Shown: positions 1 to 10,707, numbered from the stretch's first letter. The stretch is DNA of 64,000 nt from Alphaproteobacteria bacterium (GCA_964291395.2 OZ219858.1:640001-704000); one strand, 5' to 3'. The notes: generated by a model from the letters alone, not told the origin. A program made the numbers and translations.

Positions 1-300
1 CGCCGCCTCGATCGCCCGCTTATAGTGAAAATGGATGTCCGCAACGATTGGAACGTCCACCTGCCGCACGATCTCCTTCAGGGCCGATGACGACTCCGAG
101 TCCGGGCAGGAGATTCGGACGATATCCGCGCCCGCCGCCTCCAGTTCCTTGACCTGTGACACCGTTGCCGCCACGTCCGTGGTCAGCGTGTTGGTCATTG
201 ACTGAACGGAGATCGGCGCATCTCCACCCACCGCCACGCCGCCGACATGGATCTGCCGGCTCTTGCGGCGTGCGATATCACGGTAGGGTCGAACGCTCAT
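1..300 (-). CDS. ispG: HMB-PP synthase IspG/GcpE, 5' part (runs off the left edge)
   Basis: Manual translation: [38 protein letters not shown]...ADIVRISCP...[14 protein letters not shown]; lies downstream of rodZ as usual. Confidence 0.95.
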   Translation of the reverse strand, partial: MSVRPYRDIARRKSRQIHVGGVAVGGDAPISVQSMTNTLTTDVAATVSQVKELEAAGADIVRISCPDSESSSALKEIVRQVDVPIVADIHFHYKRAIEAA

Positions 301-489
301 TTCAGACACGGCATCGGTGTGCAACGGATTTTGCTTGGGGACATTTCGACGGTTGCTTCGAATGTATCCCGACGGTACCGACCTCGCTTCGCTCACGGCC
401 GTTGAGGTGGCACAGCCCCGCAGCCCAGTACCCGGCGACTGTACCATGAAGATGTTGCGCCGCAAGAGCGGCGTACCCGTAGGAAATGA

Positions 490-2157
490 CTATTGTTCGA
501 CAGCCGTACCAGCGAGGAGACGCTCGGGCACCAGGACGACATTGTCACGTACAGCGCCCGGCTGCCCAATCGAGGGCACGATCTTACCGTCCACAATAAT
601 CTCGATTCCCCCTGCGTTACCGGTCATGAGGAGCAGATCCTCGCGATTGGGCACCAGGTACTTGTCACCTGGACGGAGGAGCCGCGTTAGCAGCAGTTCA
701 CTGTCGTCCGTGCTCATGACTTGGATCCAGCTTTCCGTCCTAGCCTTCACGACCACGCGAGCTTCCCAATTGCCTTCCCCGTAGACTCGGGGTTCATGTT
801 CCGAAAGGTCGAGGCCGCGCACCGGGCTCGTTGACGCGACCCGGGGTTCATCCCTCGTCTCGATGGTCGCCTCGGCAGTCGTCACGCCCAGCGTGCCGGA
901 TGGCGCGGGAGCGACCCCGGAGAGTTCAGACGACTCGACGGCGGCATCGGCCAGAGAGTCTCCGGTCGGCGGCGTCCCGCCCTCAGGCTGAACCAGCCCC
1001 GCGGCTATACGGGAAAGCGATTGCAGGTCCACACGAAAAGGATCGTCTGAAACAGCGTCAACCGAAACCTCGTGCGGTGGAGGTCCCGGTATCTCCGCTG
1101 TCGTTTCTGGTGTTGCCGGTATCCGTGACGGTGGAGTCGCCTCACCGGTCAGTGCCTGGGTTTCGGCAGCGCTCCGATCCATGTCGATTGACGGTTCGGC
1201 CGTGCCAAGTGGAAAGGACACGCCCTCCGTGCCGCCAAATGCAGCCGTTGTCGATTCCACATCGGGCGGGATACCGGCCTCACCTACAGCGTCGGGAATA
1301 TGTCGAGTTGCCGCCGCGGGTCCAGTGACTGACACGTCAGCTACCGGAGGCAATTCCCCGACGGATAACGGGAGTTCCTCCGATCCCGCAGGCAAGGTGA
1401 CGGCAGATGTTTCCGACGCGCCCGTGAGCCCAGCGGATGATGCATCGACGGAACGAGCCTCTCCGGTAGCCGTTGGCTCGGCCTCTCCGCTGACTGCCTG
1501 CGGCGGTTCCAGACGAATCTCGCGTGTCGCCGGATCAATGCCGGTCAATGTGTCCGTGGCAGTAGGTCTTTCGGTTGCGATCTCGTGCGTTTCCACGGGC
1601 CCGATCGCTGCGGGTCGGTCGACCGAAGGGGTCGGCGCCAAGGCCGCTAGCCTCTCGGGAAGTGATGGGACCCGGCCGGTCGCCAATCTGCCGTCCATTT
1701 CAACGTAATACCAACCCGCATAGATCAGACCCGCCAGCACCAGCGAGACCGCAATAAGCCGTCCTGTCGGAACGCGACTTTCAGGGATCGGAGACGGGAA
1801 AACCAACTTGGTCTCGCCATTCAGACCTAACGTCTCCTGCTTGAACGCTTCGACGGCAACTTCGCCGTCCAGCCCTAGGTACTCAGCGTAGGAACGCACG
1901 AAACCCACGGCATAAACCGGCCCCGGCAGATCATCAAAATAGCCTTCTTCGATCGCCTGAAGGTGAACGTGGCGGATTCGGAGCTCATCTGCGACTTCCG
2001 TCAGGTCGAGCCCTTTACGCTCTCGCGCGGCTTTAAAGTCCGCCCCCAGACCATCGTACCCGCTGGTCTCGACGGTCACCTCGCGCAAATGCAACCGTCG
2101 CCTTCGCGACGGTCGAGTTTGGTTCTCCTGTGCCTCTTGCGAAGTTGATTCCGTCAT
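490..2157 (-). CDS. rodZ: Cell-shape protein RodZ (HTH, TM helix, long linker, DUF4115)
   Basis: HTH ARERKGLDLTEVADELRIRHVHLQAIEEG..LPGPVYAVGFVRSYAEYLGL, one TM helix, C-terminal ESWIQV...LLRPGD...TGNAGG. Start approximate. Confidence 0.9.
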   Translation of the reverse strand: MTESTSQEAQENQTRPSRRRRLHLREVTVETSGYDGLGADFKAARERKGLDLTEVADELRIRHVHLQAIEEGYFDDLPGPVYAVGFVRSYAEYLGLDGEVAVEAFKQETLGLNGETKLVFPSPIPESRVPTGRLIAVSLVLAGLIYAGWYYVEMDGRLATGRVPSLPERLAALAPTPSVDRPAAIGPVETHEIATERPTATDTLTGIDPATREIRLEPPQAVSGEAEPTATGEARSVDASSAGLTGASETSAVTLPAGSEELPLSVGELPPVADVSVTGPAAATRHIPDAVGEAGIPPDVESTTAAFGGTEGVSFPLGTAEPSIDMDRSAAETQALTGEATPPSRIPATPETTAEIPGPPPHEVSVDAVSDDPFRVDLQSLSRIAAGLVQPEGGTPPTGDSLADAAVESSELSGVAPAPSGTLGVTTAEATIETRDEPRVASTSPVRGLDLSEHEPRVYGEGNWEARVVVKARTESWIQVMSTDDSELLLTRLLRPGDKYLVPNREDLLLMTGNAGGIEIIVDGKIVPSIGQPGAVRDNVVLVPERLLAGTAVEQ

Positions 2158-2442
2158 GCTCTGACCTGGTACCACGAGGCAGCCATCCGCATCGTGCGAC
2201 TTGACCTAAGCAACCCGACCCGATCGCCGAAGCCGCTCATAGCAGATATGGCTAGGTCACCTTACCATGCTGACCGAATCCAGTTCGGTCAGAACAGATA
2301 TTGTTATTCCCACTCTCAATGCAAACTATTGGTCGATGCCCTAAAGTCAGTTGATCAGTAATCTTGGAATTTTGCAATCAGTCGAATCGGAAACCCGCCA
2401 CACTGACCGAAGGTAGCACGACAGGGCCTGCCGACCAATCGC

Positions 2443-3459
2443 CTACGCCGCCGCTAGGGCCCGATTCGCCTGTTCGACGAGTTCTTGAATGATCTCCTCG
2501 ATGGGCTGCTCCTTCTTGACCATGCCCACGCTTTGGCCGGCCATCAACGATCCATGCTCGACGTCGCCATCAATGGCGGCTCGCCGCAACGCACCCGCCC
2601 AAAAATGCTCGATGTCCAGTTGCGCCGCCTTTTGCTCCACTTCACCGGCGTGGACCTTAGCAATGACCCCGCGCTGGAACTCGTGAAACCTTCGGGTTCC
2701 TTCATTCACCAAGGCACGGACCGGAATAACCGGAAACTGTGGATCCAGTTGTATTGTCGGCGTGGCGTCGCGCGCATTCGCTCGGATGAAAGCCCGCTTG
2801 AATTTTGGATGGGCGATGCATTCGGCGGCACAAACGAATCGGGTCCCCAGTTGGCATCCCGAAGCACCCATCCGCAGATACAGGGCGACGACATCTCCGC
2901 GACCGAGTCCCCCCGCGACGAACACGGGCACCTCGGTGACATGGGGCAAGATCTCCTGCGCCAAAACGCTGGTGGAGACCGGACCGATGTGGCCACCGGC
3001 CTCGGCACCTTCAATGATGATTCCATCGGCCCCGGATCGCACCAGACGCCGAGCGACGGGCAGGGCCGGAGCAAAGGCAATGACCTTCACGGCAGCCTCC
3101 TTCAGGCGGCTGATATCAGTATCCCGAGGCAGTCCGCCGGCCAGAACGACATGGCTCACCTTCCGATCGATACAGACGCCGATGAGTTCCTCGAGATCCG
3201 GGTGCAAGGTGATGAGATTGACACCGAAGGGACGATCCGTGAGTTCAAACGTGGCAGCGATTTCTCTGTCGAGCATGTCAGAAGTCATGGAGCCGCATGC
3301 GATGACACCGAATCCCCCGGCGTTCGAAAGCGCGGAAACAAGGTTTCGCTCGGAGAGCCAAGTCATGGCGCCGCCCATGATGGCGTATTGCGAACCCAGC
3401 AGTTCGCAACCACGCTGCCACAGCCTATTCAGCTCAGATCGTGAATGGTCCGGCGCCAC
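2443..3459 (-). CDS. NAD(P)H-dependent flavin oxidoreductase (nitronate monooxygenase/FabK-like)
   Basis: AIMGGAMTW, NAGGFGVI, PFGVNL, EGAEAGGHIG, VFVAGG, GCQLGTRF, GSLMAGQSVG motifs. Confidence 0.9.
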   Translation of the reverse strand: MAPDHSRSELNRLWQRGCELLGSQYAIMGGAMTWLSERNLVSALSNAGGFGVIACGSMTSDMLDREIAATFELTDRPFGVNLITLHPDLEELIGVCIDRKVSHVVLAGGLPRDTDISRLKEAAVKVIAFAPALPVARRLVRSGADGIIIEGAEAGGHIGPVSTSVLAQEILPHVTEVPVFVAGGLGRGDVVALYLRMGASGCQLGTRFVCAAECIAHPKFKRAFIRANARDATPTIQLDPQFPVIPVRALVNEGTRRFHEFQRGVIAKVHAGEVEQKAAQLDIEHFWAGALRRAAIDGDVEHGSLMAGQSVGMVKKEQPIEEIIQELVEQANRALAAA

Positions 3460-3476
3460 AAATATGGTGCCCGCGC

Positions 3477-4697
3477 CTAGGCCGCGTCGAGGCCGTAGGC
3501 CGTGTGCAGCGAACGCAGAGCGAGCTCCGTGTACTCCTCCGAAATCAGAACGCTTACCTTGATCTCGGAGGTAGAGATCGCATGAATATTGATACCCTTT
3601 TCCGCTAGTGCGCTGAACATCTTCTGAGCGACACCGGCGTGGCTACGCATGCCGACACCAATCACGGATACCTTCGCCACATCGGAGTCTGAGATCAGCC
3701 GGTCAAAACCAACGTCCCGTTTGGCGGTCTTCACAACACTCACGGCCCGCTCGAAATCTGCTTCCTTGACCGTGAACGTCACGTCGGTTGACCGGCCATC
3801 CTCCGAAACACTCTGTACGATGACGTCGACATTGATATTGGCGTCGGCCAAAGGCCCAAAAATCGCCGCCGCGACTCCGGGACGGTCCGCCACCCGAACC
3901 AACGTTATCTTGGCTTCGTCACGCGAATAGGCAATCCCGCTCACAACCTGTTTTTCCACGACCTCATCCTCATCGACGACGAGTGTTCCCATAGAATTGG
4001 AAAAGCTGGAAAGAACCTGAACCCGCACTTGGTGGTTCATCGCTAAGGACACGGAACGGGTTTGCAAGACCCGAGCGCCTTGAGATGCCATTTCAAGCAT
4101 CTCTTCGTACGTGATTCTATCAAGCTTCCGTGCCTTCGCAACGATGCGGGGATCAGCCGTAAAGATACCTTCGACATCGGTGTAGATGTCGCAGCGAGCG
4201 GCTCCGAGGGCCGCCGCCAATGCGACGGCGGAGGTATCCGATCCGCCGCGACCCAGAGTTGTGATCCGGCCGTCTTCACCTTTTCCCTGAAAGCCGGCCA
4301 CGACCGCCACCTGACCCTCGTCGAAACGCCGTTCGATATCGTCGCAGTCGATCTCCTCGATCCTCGCGTTCCCGTGGACGGCGTCGGACAGGATGGGGAT
4401 CTGCCAGGCAAGCCAGGACCGGGCAGATACCCCGCTATCCTGAAGCGCCAAGGCCAGCAGGCCGGCGGTAATCTGTTCGCCAGCGGACACCACGACATCG
4501 TATTCGCGGGCATCGTGGAGAAGCGCAGTGTCACTGGTCCATTTGGCCAATTGATCGGTGGTCCCGGCCATGGCAGACACGACAACAGCGACCTCATTGC
4601 CCTCATCGACGCAGGCCTTGACGCGCCGGGCTACCTCCCGGATGCGGTCCACGTCCGCGAGCGACGTGCCGCCGAACTTCATAACAAGACGTGCCAT
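3477..4697 (-). CDS. lysC: Aspartate kinase
   Basis: VMKFGGTS, VVVSAMAG, TTLGRGGSDTSA, YTDVEG and two ACT domains (ISTSEIKVS). Confidence 0.97.
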   Translation of the reverse strand: MARLVMKFGGTSLADVDRIREVARRVKACVDEGNEVAVVVSAMAGTTDQLAKWTSDTALLHDAREYDVVVSAGEQITAGLLALALQDSGVSARSWLAWQIPILSDAVHGNARIEEIDCDDIERRFDEGQVAVVAGFQGKGEDGRITTLGRGGSDTSAVALAAALGAARCDIYTDVEGIFTADPRIVAKARKLDRITYEEMLEMASQGARVLQTRSVSLAMNHQVRVQVLSSFSNSMGTLVVDEDEVVEKQVVSGIAYSRDEAKITLVRVADRPGVAAAIFGPLADANINVDVIVQSVSEDGRSTDVTFTVKEADFERAVSVVKTAKRDVGFDRLISDSDVAKVSVIGVGMRSHAGVAQKMFSALAEKGINIHAISTSEIKVSVLISEEYTELALRSLHTAYGLDAA

Positions 4698-4863
4698 GTC
4701 CAGTTTCGAGCAACCGCCGCGCCGTTCCGGCAGCCCTTCAACTCCGTCTGTGTGTGGCTTTCCTTCCCGGAGAAAGGCGCGTATTCATACTCCCGGTCTC
4801 GACGCTGGGCAAGCGCTCGGAATGGCAGCCCACTCGCGGGCGACGGGAAAGATCGAACTCTTG

Positions 4864-5649
4864 ATGTCGGGAAGAAAAACCGCAAGAGAATGGCCTGAAC
4901 GAGCCGCCCGGTATGCGTCGGTCGACCCTTGGGAGATTCAACGGTTCTCCGAAGTCGCCGAGGCTTGGTGGGACCCCAAAGGACCCTTTCGTTCTCTGCA
5001 TCGGCTCAATCCGATTCGACTGGCGTATCTGAGACGGCATCTCGACACGTTCTTCGAGCGTGAGCCGCGTGACATCCACCCGTATCGCGGCCTCACCGTC
5101 CTCGATGTTGGCTGCGGCGGTGGGCTGTTGAGCGAGCCACTTGCCCGACTGGGAGCACGGGTGACAGCCATCGACGCCGATTCGCAGGCCATCGGCGTCG
5201 CCACACATCATGCGAGGGATGCGGGATTGGATATCGACTACAGATGCGCAACGGTCGAAGATGTCGCCGCGTCTCGGGAAGCGTTCGATATCGTCGTCGC
5301 CATGGAGATCATGGAGCACGTTTCCGATTTGTCTGTATTCATCGATGCTCTAGGCCGCGTCGTCGCGCCTGGCGGTGCACTTGCACTGGCCACCTTGAAT
5401 CGAACGCTCAAATCACTTGTGCTGGCGATCATCGGCGCCGAGTACGTGTTGCGCTGGCTACCCAGAGGAACCCACCATTGGGAGAAATTCGTGAAACCCT
5501 CGGAGGTCTCCCGCCATCTCCGCCGTTGTGGACTCACCATCACGGATGTCACCGGTGTAACTCTCGACCCCATGGCCTTCGAGTGGCGGACCAGTCGAGA
5601 TACGTCCGTCAACTACATGATGTTCGCAAACAGGATAGCGGCATGCTGA
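4864..5649 (+). CDS. ubiG: Ubiquinone biosynthesis O-methyltransferase
   Basis: SVDPWEIQRFSEVAEAWWDPKG..LHRLNPIRL, VLDVGCGGGLLSE, GAEYVLRWLPRGTH; divergent from lysC. Start approximate. Confidence 0.95.
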   Translation: MSGRKTAREWPERAARYASVDPWEIQRFSEVAEAWWDPKGPFRSLHRLNPIRLAYLRRHLDTFFEREPRDIHPYRGLTVLDVGCGGGLLSEPLARLGARVTAIDADSQAIGVATHHARDAGLDIDYRCATVEDVAASREAFDIVVAMEIMEHVSDLSVFIDALGRVVAPGGALALATLNRTLKSLVLAIIGAEYVLRWLPRGTHHWEKFVKPSEVSRHLRRCGLTITDVTGVTLDPMAFEWRTSRDTSVNYMMFANRIAAC

Positions 5650-5669
5650 CGCCCGCGGGGTGACGATAG

Positions 5670-6500
5670 CTACCGGCCTCGGAACCTGGGTAGACGCCGT
5701 TCGACGAACGACTGCACTCCTTCACCCGCGTCCCAGGTCCGCGCGAGCCTCAGTTGTTCCGGATCCAGAACCGCCGCGGCGGCGGCGTGGCCATGCTCGA
5801 GCCACGTTAGGGATGTCGCCCGGGTCGCCCGAACCGCCAACGGCGCTTGTTTGGCGATGGTTCGCGCGATCTCCAGCGCGCGCGAGACGTCCTTTCCGGT
5901 CTCGACAACCTCCGTCACGAAATTCATGCGATAGGCTTCCTGGGCATCGAAGCGATCGCCGGTCAGCAGGTATCTCATGGCATTGCCCCAACCGCCACGT
6001 TCCACCATACGCATGGATGCCCCGCACGACGGCATGATGCCTCGCCCAACTTCCAGCTGGCAAAACACGGTTTCTCCTCCGGCGATGACGATATCGTTCG
6101 CCAGCATGAGCTCGATCCCGAGCGTGAAGCAATAACCGCGTACGGCCGTGACCACAGGCTTCGTGCGGCGAGGAGGCCGGATGTCCACGGGATCGACGAA
6201 TCCCGGTGGGAAGAGTCCGTGACCCTCGGAGAACCGGTGGGCCACCTGAGGCAGATCGAGGCCTGCCGTGAAATGATCTCCATGGGCGAACAACACAGCG
6301 CACCGATAGCGATCCCGATTCTCGAACTCGGTATAGGCCTCCGCGAGTTGGTCCAGCATCTGCGTCGTAAAGCCGTTGAGCTTTGAAGGGCGGTCCAGTC
6401 CAATGAGGAAGACATTGCCCTTTTCTTCAGTGGTGATCCGGCCCTCCTTCGGAGCCGTCTTCCGAGATACTGCCCTTCGTGATCTGGTAGATTTGGCCAC
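5670..6500 (-). CDS. Enoyl-CoA hydratase/crotonase family protein
   Basis: HFTAGLDL, KPVVTAVRGYCFTLGIEL, QLEVGRGIMP, EGVQSFVERR. Confidence 0.9.
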   Translation of the reverse strand: MAKSTRSRRAVSRKTAPKEGRITTEEKGNVFLIGLDRPSKLNGFTTQMLDQLAEAYTEFENRDRYRCAVLFAHGDHFTAGLDLPQVAHRFSEGHGLFPPGFVDPVDIRPPRRTKPVVTAVRGYCFTLGIELMLANDIVIAGGETVFCQLEVGRGIMPSCGASMRMVERGGWGNAMRYLLTGDRFDAQEAYRMNFVTEVVETGKDVSRALEIARTIAKQAPLAVRATRATSLTWLEHGHAAAAAVLDPEQLRLARTWDAGEGVQSFVERRLPRFRGR

Positions 6501-6612
6501 CTTTCACTCCCTCTGATGTTGATCACGTACCGGTCCGTTTTGGGACCGACGGTCACGGTGCGTAACCACAGAGCCTCAGACTAGCCCGGTCGAGGTCGGA
6601 GAAATTCAGAGA

Positions 6613-7029
6613 TCAGGCGTCGTGCCTGGCTGGCCAGGGAATCTCGCCGAATTCGACGCCTTCTTCACGGAGCTGCGCGGCTTCTTCGGCCGTGGCTTCC
6701 CCATAAATATCGCGCTTCTCCACTTCTTCGTTATGAATCTTGCGAGCTTCCTCCGCAAACTTGTTGCCCACGTAGTCGCAATTCTCTTCGACGTGCTCCC
6801 GCATCTTGTAGAGAAACTTCATCGCTTCGGCGGCTTCCGTTATCTGGGCCGCCGACTGTTCCTTCTTGGCCGAGATGTTGGGCGCCATGAGAGCCTTGCT
6901 GACCTCCGTATCGCCGCAAATCGGGCAAGCAATTTCACCTTTTTGGCGCTGCTTGTCGAAAGCCTCGGAGTCCGCGAACCACGCTTCGAATACGTGATCG
7001 TTCGAACATACGACGTCATACAAGATCAT
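6613..7029 (-). CDS. DUF1178 family protein
   Basis: MILYDVVCSNDHVFEAWF..CPICG..KALMAPN..YVGNKFAEEARKIH. Confidence 0.9.
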   Translation of the reverse strand: MILYDVVCSNDHVFEAWFADSEAFDKQRQKGEIACPICGDTEVSKALMAPNISAKKEQSAAQITEAAEAMKFLYKMREHVEENCDYVGNKFAEEARKIHNEEVEKRDIYGEATAEEAAQLREEGVEFGEIPWPARHDA

Positions 7030-7160
7030 GGCCGGTCGATCTTCCTGGCCCAGCAATTTCCAAACGGACCCCTGATATCCATTGCATGTACCACTTATAC
7101 TGCCGCGATCAATAGCCCAATGAAGCGCGGACGACAATCAGTTAGCGCCTGGCCGGCCGA

Positions 7161-8069
7161 CTAAGCTCGCCCCGGGGCTACATGCCGAGATTCCGCATCT
7201 AGCCCACGGCGCGGGCTCGACCCACTTCTTTTCGGCAGCCCGAGCTCAGGAGTCGTAATCTCCCTGTCATGAGTCAATGCGGGGATCATATGGCGAGCCT
7301 CATCCACCTCGACAGGATCGACGTCCGCAACCACGAAACCAGGATCCTCTCCAGCATCGGCAAGCACTTGGCCCCACGGATTGACGATCAGCGAGTGGCC
7401 GAAAGTCTTGCGCTCCCCGGGATGGGTGCCGCACTGGGCGGGCGCGATGACGTAACACCCCGTCTCGATAGCTCGAGACCGCAACAAGACGTGCCAATGC
7501 GCGGTTCCCGTCGTTTTGGTGAAAGCCGCTGGAACGGTGAGAAAACTCGCGCCAGCCTTCGCCAGCGCTCGATAGAGATGCGGGAACCGGACATCATAGC
7601 AGATAGTCATGCCCAACACCCCCCAAGGTGTTGGCGCAACGATCGCTTGCTCCCCAGGCTTAAAACTCTTCGACTCGCAGTAAGATTCACCGCTCCCCAG
7701 ATCAACATCGAACATGTGAATCTTGTCGTATCGCGCGACGATCTCCCCTTCGGAATCGATCAAGTAGGATCGATTGTGCACCCGCCCGTCGTCGGCCGCG
7801 ATCCCTAGAGAGCCCGGCAACAGCCAAGCACCTATCTCGCGAGCGAGCTTCCGGAACTCGGCGAGGGCCGAGTGTTCAGCCTCGGGCATCGCGAGCCCGC
7901 GTATGTCGCGGGAGCGATGCCCCATCATCGCGACATTCTCGGGCATCGTAATGAAATCGGCACCAGCCGCCCGGGCTTGACGAATGAGTTCCGCCACCCG
8001 CGCGATATTTCCGTCGATTTCCCGTTGTGCATTGATCTGAATACAGGCCACCTTGAAAGGGCTGGTCAT
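7161..8069 (-). CDS. Carbon-nitrogen hydrolase (Nit1-like)
   Basis: E-K-C triad motifs TMPEN, YDKIHMFDV, ICYDVRFP; also RAIETGCYV. Confidence 0.92.
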   Translation of the reverse strand: MTSPFKVACIQINAQREIDGNIARVAELIRQARAAGADFITMPENVAMMGHRSRDIRGLAMPEAEHSALAEFRKLAREIGAWLLPGSLGIAADDGRVHNRSYLIDSEGEIVARYDKIHMFDVDLGSGESYCESKSFKPGEQAIVAPTPWGVLGMTICYDVRFPHLYRALAKAGASFLTVPAAFTKTTGTAHWHVLLRSRAIETGCYVIAPAQCGTHPGERKTFGHSLIVNPWGQVLADAGEDPGFVVADVDPVEVDEARHMIPALTHDREITTPELGLPKRSGSSPRRGLDAESRHVAPGRA

Positions 8070-8329
8070 GCCGCTTCCTCCAGCCACTTGTCCAGTTCTC
8101 CAGCGTCCTCGAGCGCGACGAGCTCGTCAGATCCGCCTACGTGCCGGTCACCGATGAATACCTGCGGCACCGTATAGCATCCGCCAGCCAAGTCTATCAT
8201 CTCTTGACGATTCGATACGTTCACACCGACATCGATTTCGGTATATGAAACTCCCTTGGCTTCGAGCAGGCGCTTGGCCCGGGAGCAATACGGACAAAAC
8301 ATGGTGGTGTAGAGAACGACGGGCGCCAT
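8066..8329 (-). CDS. grxC: Glutaredoxin 3
   Basis: CPYC active site, TVPQVFI, GGSDEL; ATGA overlap with the nitrilase gene. Confidence 0.95.
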   Translation of the reverse strand: MAPVVLYTTMFCPYCSRAKRLLEAKGVSYTEIDVGVNVSNRQEMIDLAGGCYTVPQVFIGDRHVGGSDELVALEDAGELDKWLEEAA

Positions 8330-8460
8330 GGGGGACCCCGGTGGACAGGTCGGGACGGCCGGAGCCAGCCCAAACGGCTTTCGCAGAGGCGCGATCAAGT
8401 GAACCTCTGATTCCGCTCTCTCAACGCCGGAGCGTTCCGATCGGCGGAAAATCCGCAAAA

Positions 8461-9249
8461 CTATATAGAGTCGGAATTGCCACGGACAACCCGACCGAGC
8501 GTGAGCACGGAAACCTCTGCCACATCCACAGCCATCAAAGTCCGAGCACAGGCCTCCGCCGTCGCGCCTGTCGTGAAGACATCGTCGACGATGAGCGCAC
8601 GACTATTGCGAAGATCGTGCGTCGCGCGCGGCGAAATGTCGAAGGCTGAACAGACATTGTCGTGTCGCGCGGCCGCGCTCCTCCCCGACTGAGACGGGTC
8701 GTTGCGTAGACGCCGGAGTGCATCGGGCAGTACCGCAACGTCGCGTCGAGTCGACGCTACGGACCGCGCCAGCAAAGCAGCCTGATTGTATCGCCGCTTG
8801 AACAGCCGCCGCCAATGGAGCGGGACCGGAATCACGACGTCGCAGCGATCCAACAGATCGGCGCCACAGCGGATCATCCACGTTCCGAATGTCGCCGCCA
8901 GTTCGGGACGGTCGCCGTGCTTGAAGGCGAGGACCAAGTCCCGACTGGCATCGTCATAGAGAAGGGCGGCCCGCGCCCTCGCGTATGAAGGCCGACGGCG
9001 CACGCAGGCGCCGCAAAGCACATCGTAACCGGGATCGATTTCTATCGGGTAGCCGCATACGGAGCACACCGCCCCCTCGATGAAGTTTAACTTCATCCAG
9101 CATTCCGGACAGAGGTCGCCCTGGCGATCCACAGCGGACCGGCAGCCGACGCAGCGAGGCACGAGAACGACGTCGAGGGTAGCGTGCAGCAGGCGTCGTA
9201 TGGGCCGCTTGAGAAAAGCGGAGGTCTTTTCACTTTCACGACGTCGCAC
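8461..9249 (-). CDS. comF: ComF family protein (double zinc ribbon plus PRTase)
   Basis: CxxC pairs, VPLHWRRLFKRRYNQA, LIVDDVFTTGAT. Start uncertain. Confidence 0.88.
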   Translation of the reverse strand: MRRRESEKTSAFLKRPIRRLLHATLDVVLVPRCVGCRSAVDRQGDLCPECWMKLNFIEGAVCSVCGYPIEIDPGYDVLCGACVRRRPSYARARAALLYDDASRDLVLAFKHGDRPELAATFGTWMIRCGADLLDRCDVVIPVPLHWRRLFKRRYNQAALLARSVASTRRDVAVLPDALRRLRNDPSQSGRSAAARHDNVCSAFDISPRATHDLRNSRALIVDDVFTTGATAEACARTLMAVDVAEVSVLTLGRVVRGNSDSI

Positions 9250-9326
9250 AGGAACTCCGATCAAATGACTCTCTAATTCCCAAAGACTCTCTTTAGAGAA
9301 GCCTTTCCACGTGCCATATAGAAGGA

Positions 9327-10277
9327 ATGGATGCCGAAATTTCGAGCCTCCCTGTGATTTTCGATCGTGCGGCCGTCCGCACGCATCGCGACAGGGCCGC
9401 ACGATCTCCGGTGGCGCAAGACTTTCTGATCAGAGAATCGGCGGAGCGTCTGCTCGACCGTCTCGAAGACGTAACGCGTCAATTTCCAAGAGCGCTCGAT
9501 CTCGGATGTCGAACCGGAACTTTGGCCCGCATCCTGAAGGAACGGGGAGGCATCAAGAGCATAGTGCATGCGGACCTGTCGTGGGAGATGGTTCGCCGGA
9601 TCTCTCGCTTGTCGTCCTTCGGCCGCACGCTTGCGGGGTCTTGCGTGGTCGCCGACGAGGAGTTGCTACCGTTCGCTCCAAAGAGTTTCGATATCATCCT
9701 CAGCAATTTGTCCCTGCACTGGACAAATGATCTGCCGGGCACACTGGCCCAGCTCAATCGGGCCTTGAAGCCCGACGGACTTTTTTTGGCCACGATGTTC
9801 GGCGGCGATACCTTGTGGGAATTGCGCGAAGCTTTGCTTCAGGCGGAAGCAGAATTCGAAGGCGGAGCAAGCCCGCGTGTGTCCCCTTTCGTGGACGTTC
9901 GGGATGCCGGAGACCTACTCAACCGGGCTCGCTTTGCCCTGTCCGTCGCGGATGTCGATTCGGTGATGGTGACGTATCCCGATATGTTTCGGTTGATGGC
10001 TGACTTGCGCGGCATGGGGGAAACCAATGCGGTCCGGGCCCGACGGCAAAACTTTACCCGGAGAGAGACGTTGATGCGCGCTGACACGATCTACCGGGAA
10101 TTGCACGGCGACGAAGAGAGCCGACTGCCGGCGACGTTCCAGATCATCGCACTCACCGGCTGGGCGCCGCACGCCTCGCAGCCCAAGCCGCGGCGCCCCG
10201 GCAGCGCCACCACGCGCCTGGCAGATGCTCTAGGAACGACAGAGCAGTCCGTCGGCGACAAGGCGAAGCCGGCCTAG
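9327..10277 (+). CDS. SAM-dependent methyltransferase (NDUFAF5/BioC-like)
   Basis: IFDRAAVRTHRDRA, ALDLGCRTG, SLHWTNDLPG, GGASPRVSPF, DLRGMGETN. Confidence 0.9.
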   Translation: MDAEISSLPVIFDRAAVRTHRDRAARSPVAQDFLIRESAERLLDRLEDVTRQFPRALDLGCRTGTLARILKERGGIKSIVHADLSWEMVRRISRLSSFGRTLAGSCVVADEELLPFAPKSFDIILSNLSLHWTNDLPGTLAQLNRALKPDGLFLATMFGGDTLWELREALLQAEAEFEGGASPRVSPFVDVRDAGDLLNRARFALSVADVDSVMVTYPDMFRLMADLRGMGETNAVRARRQNFTRRETLMRADTIYRELHGDEESRLPATFQIIALTGWAPHASQPKPRRPGSATTRLADALGTTEQSVGDKAKPA

Positions 10278-10289
10278 AATCGACGTCCT

Positions 10290-10697
10290 CTACAGCAGGT
10301 CGCGCAGCATCGCGACAAGTGGAATATCGGCGGGGGGCATGGGAAAGTCCGCCATGTCCCGCGGTCGCACCCATTTGAGCTCCTGGCCTTCACGTGCCGT
10401 GACGAGCCCCTCCCACACCCGGCAGATATACAAAAGCATGAGCAAGTGAAAGTCGTCGTAGGGATACGACGCGAACGTGAACGGGGCGAGGCAGGCCTGC
10501 GTCACGTCGATTCCAAGTTCCTCTCGGAGTTCTCGGATGAGGGCGACTTCCGGAGTTTCGCCATCCTGGACCTTGCCGCCCGGAAACTCCCAGAGGCCGG
10601 CCATGGACTTGCCAAGCGGACGCTGCGCCAAAAGGACCCGCCCGTCGACATCAACGAGCGAAACCGCGGCCACGAAAAGGACAGGAACGTCCGGCAC
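10290..10697 (-). CDS. mutT: 8-oxo-dGTP diphosphatase (Nudix)
   Basis: WEFPGGKVQDGETPEVALIRELREELGI Nudix box; follows argJ. Confidence 0.93.
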   Translation of the reverse strand: MPDVPVLFVAAVSLVDVDGRVLLAQRPLGKSMAGLWEFPGGKVQDGETPEVALIRELREELGIDVTQACLAPFTFASYPYDDFHLLMLLYICRVWEGLVTAREGQELKWVRPRDMADFPMPPADIPLVAMLRDLL

Positions 10698-10707
10698 GGC
10701 TCCAGCG

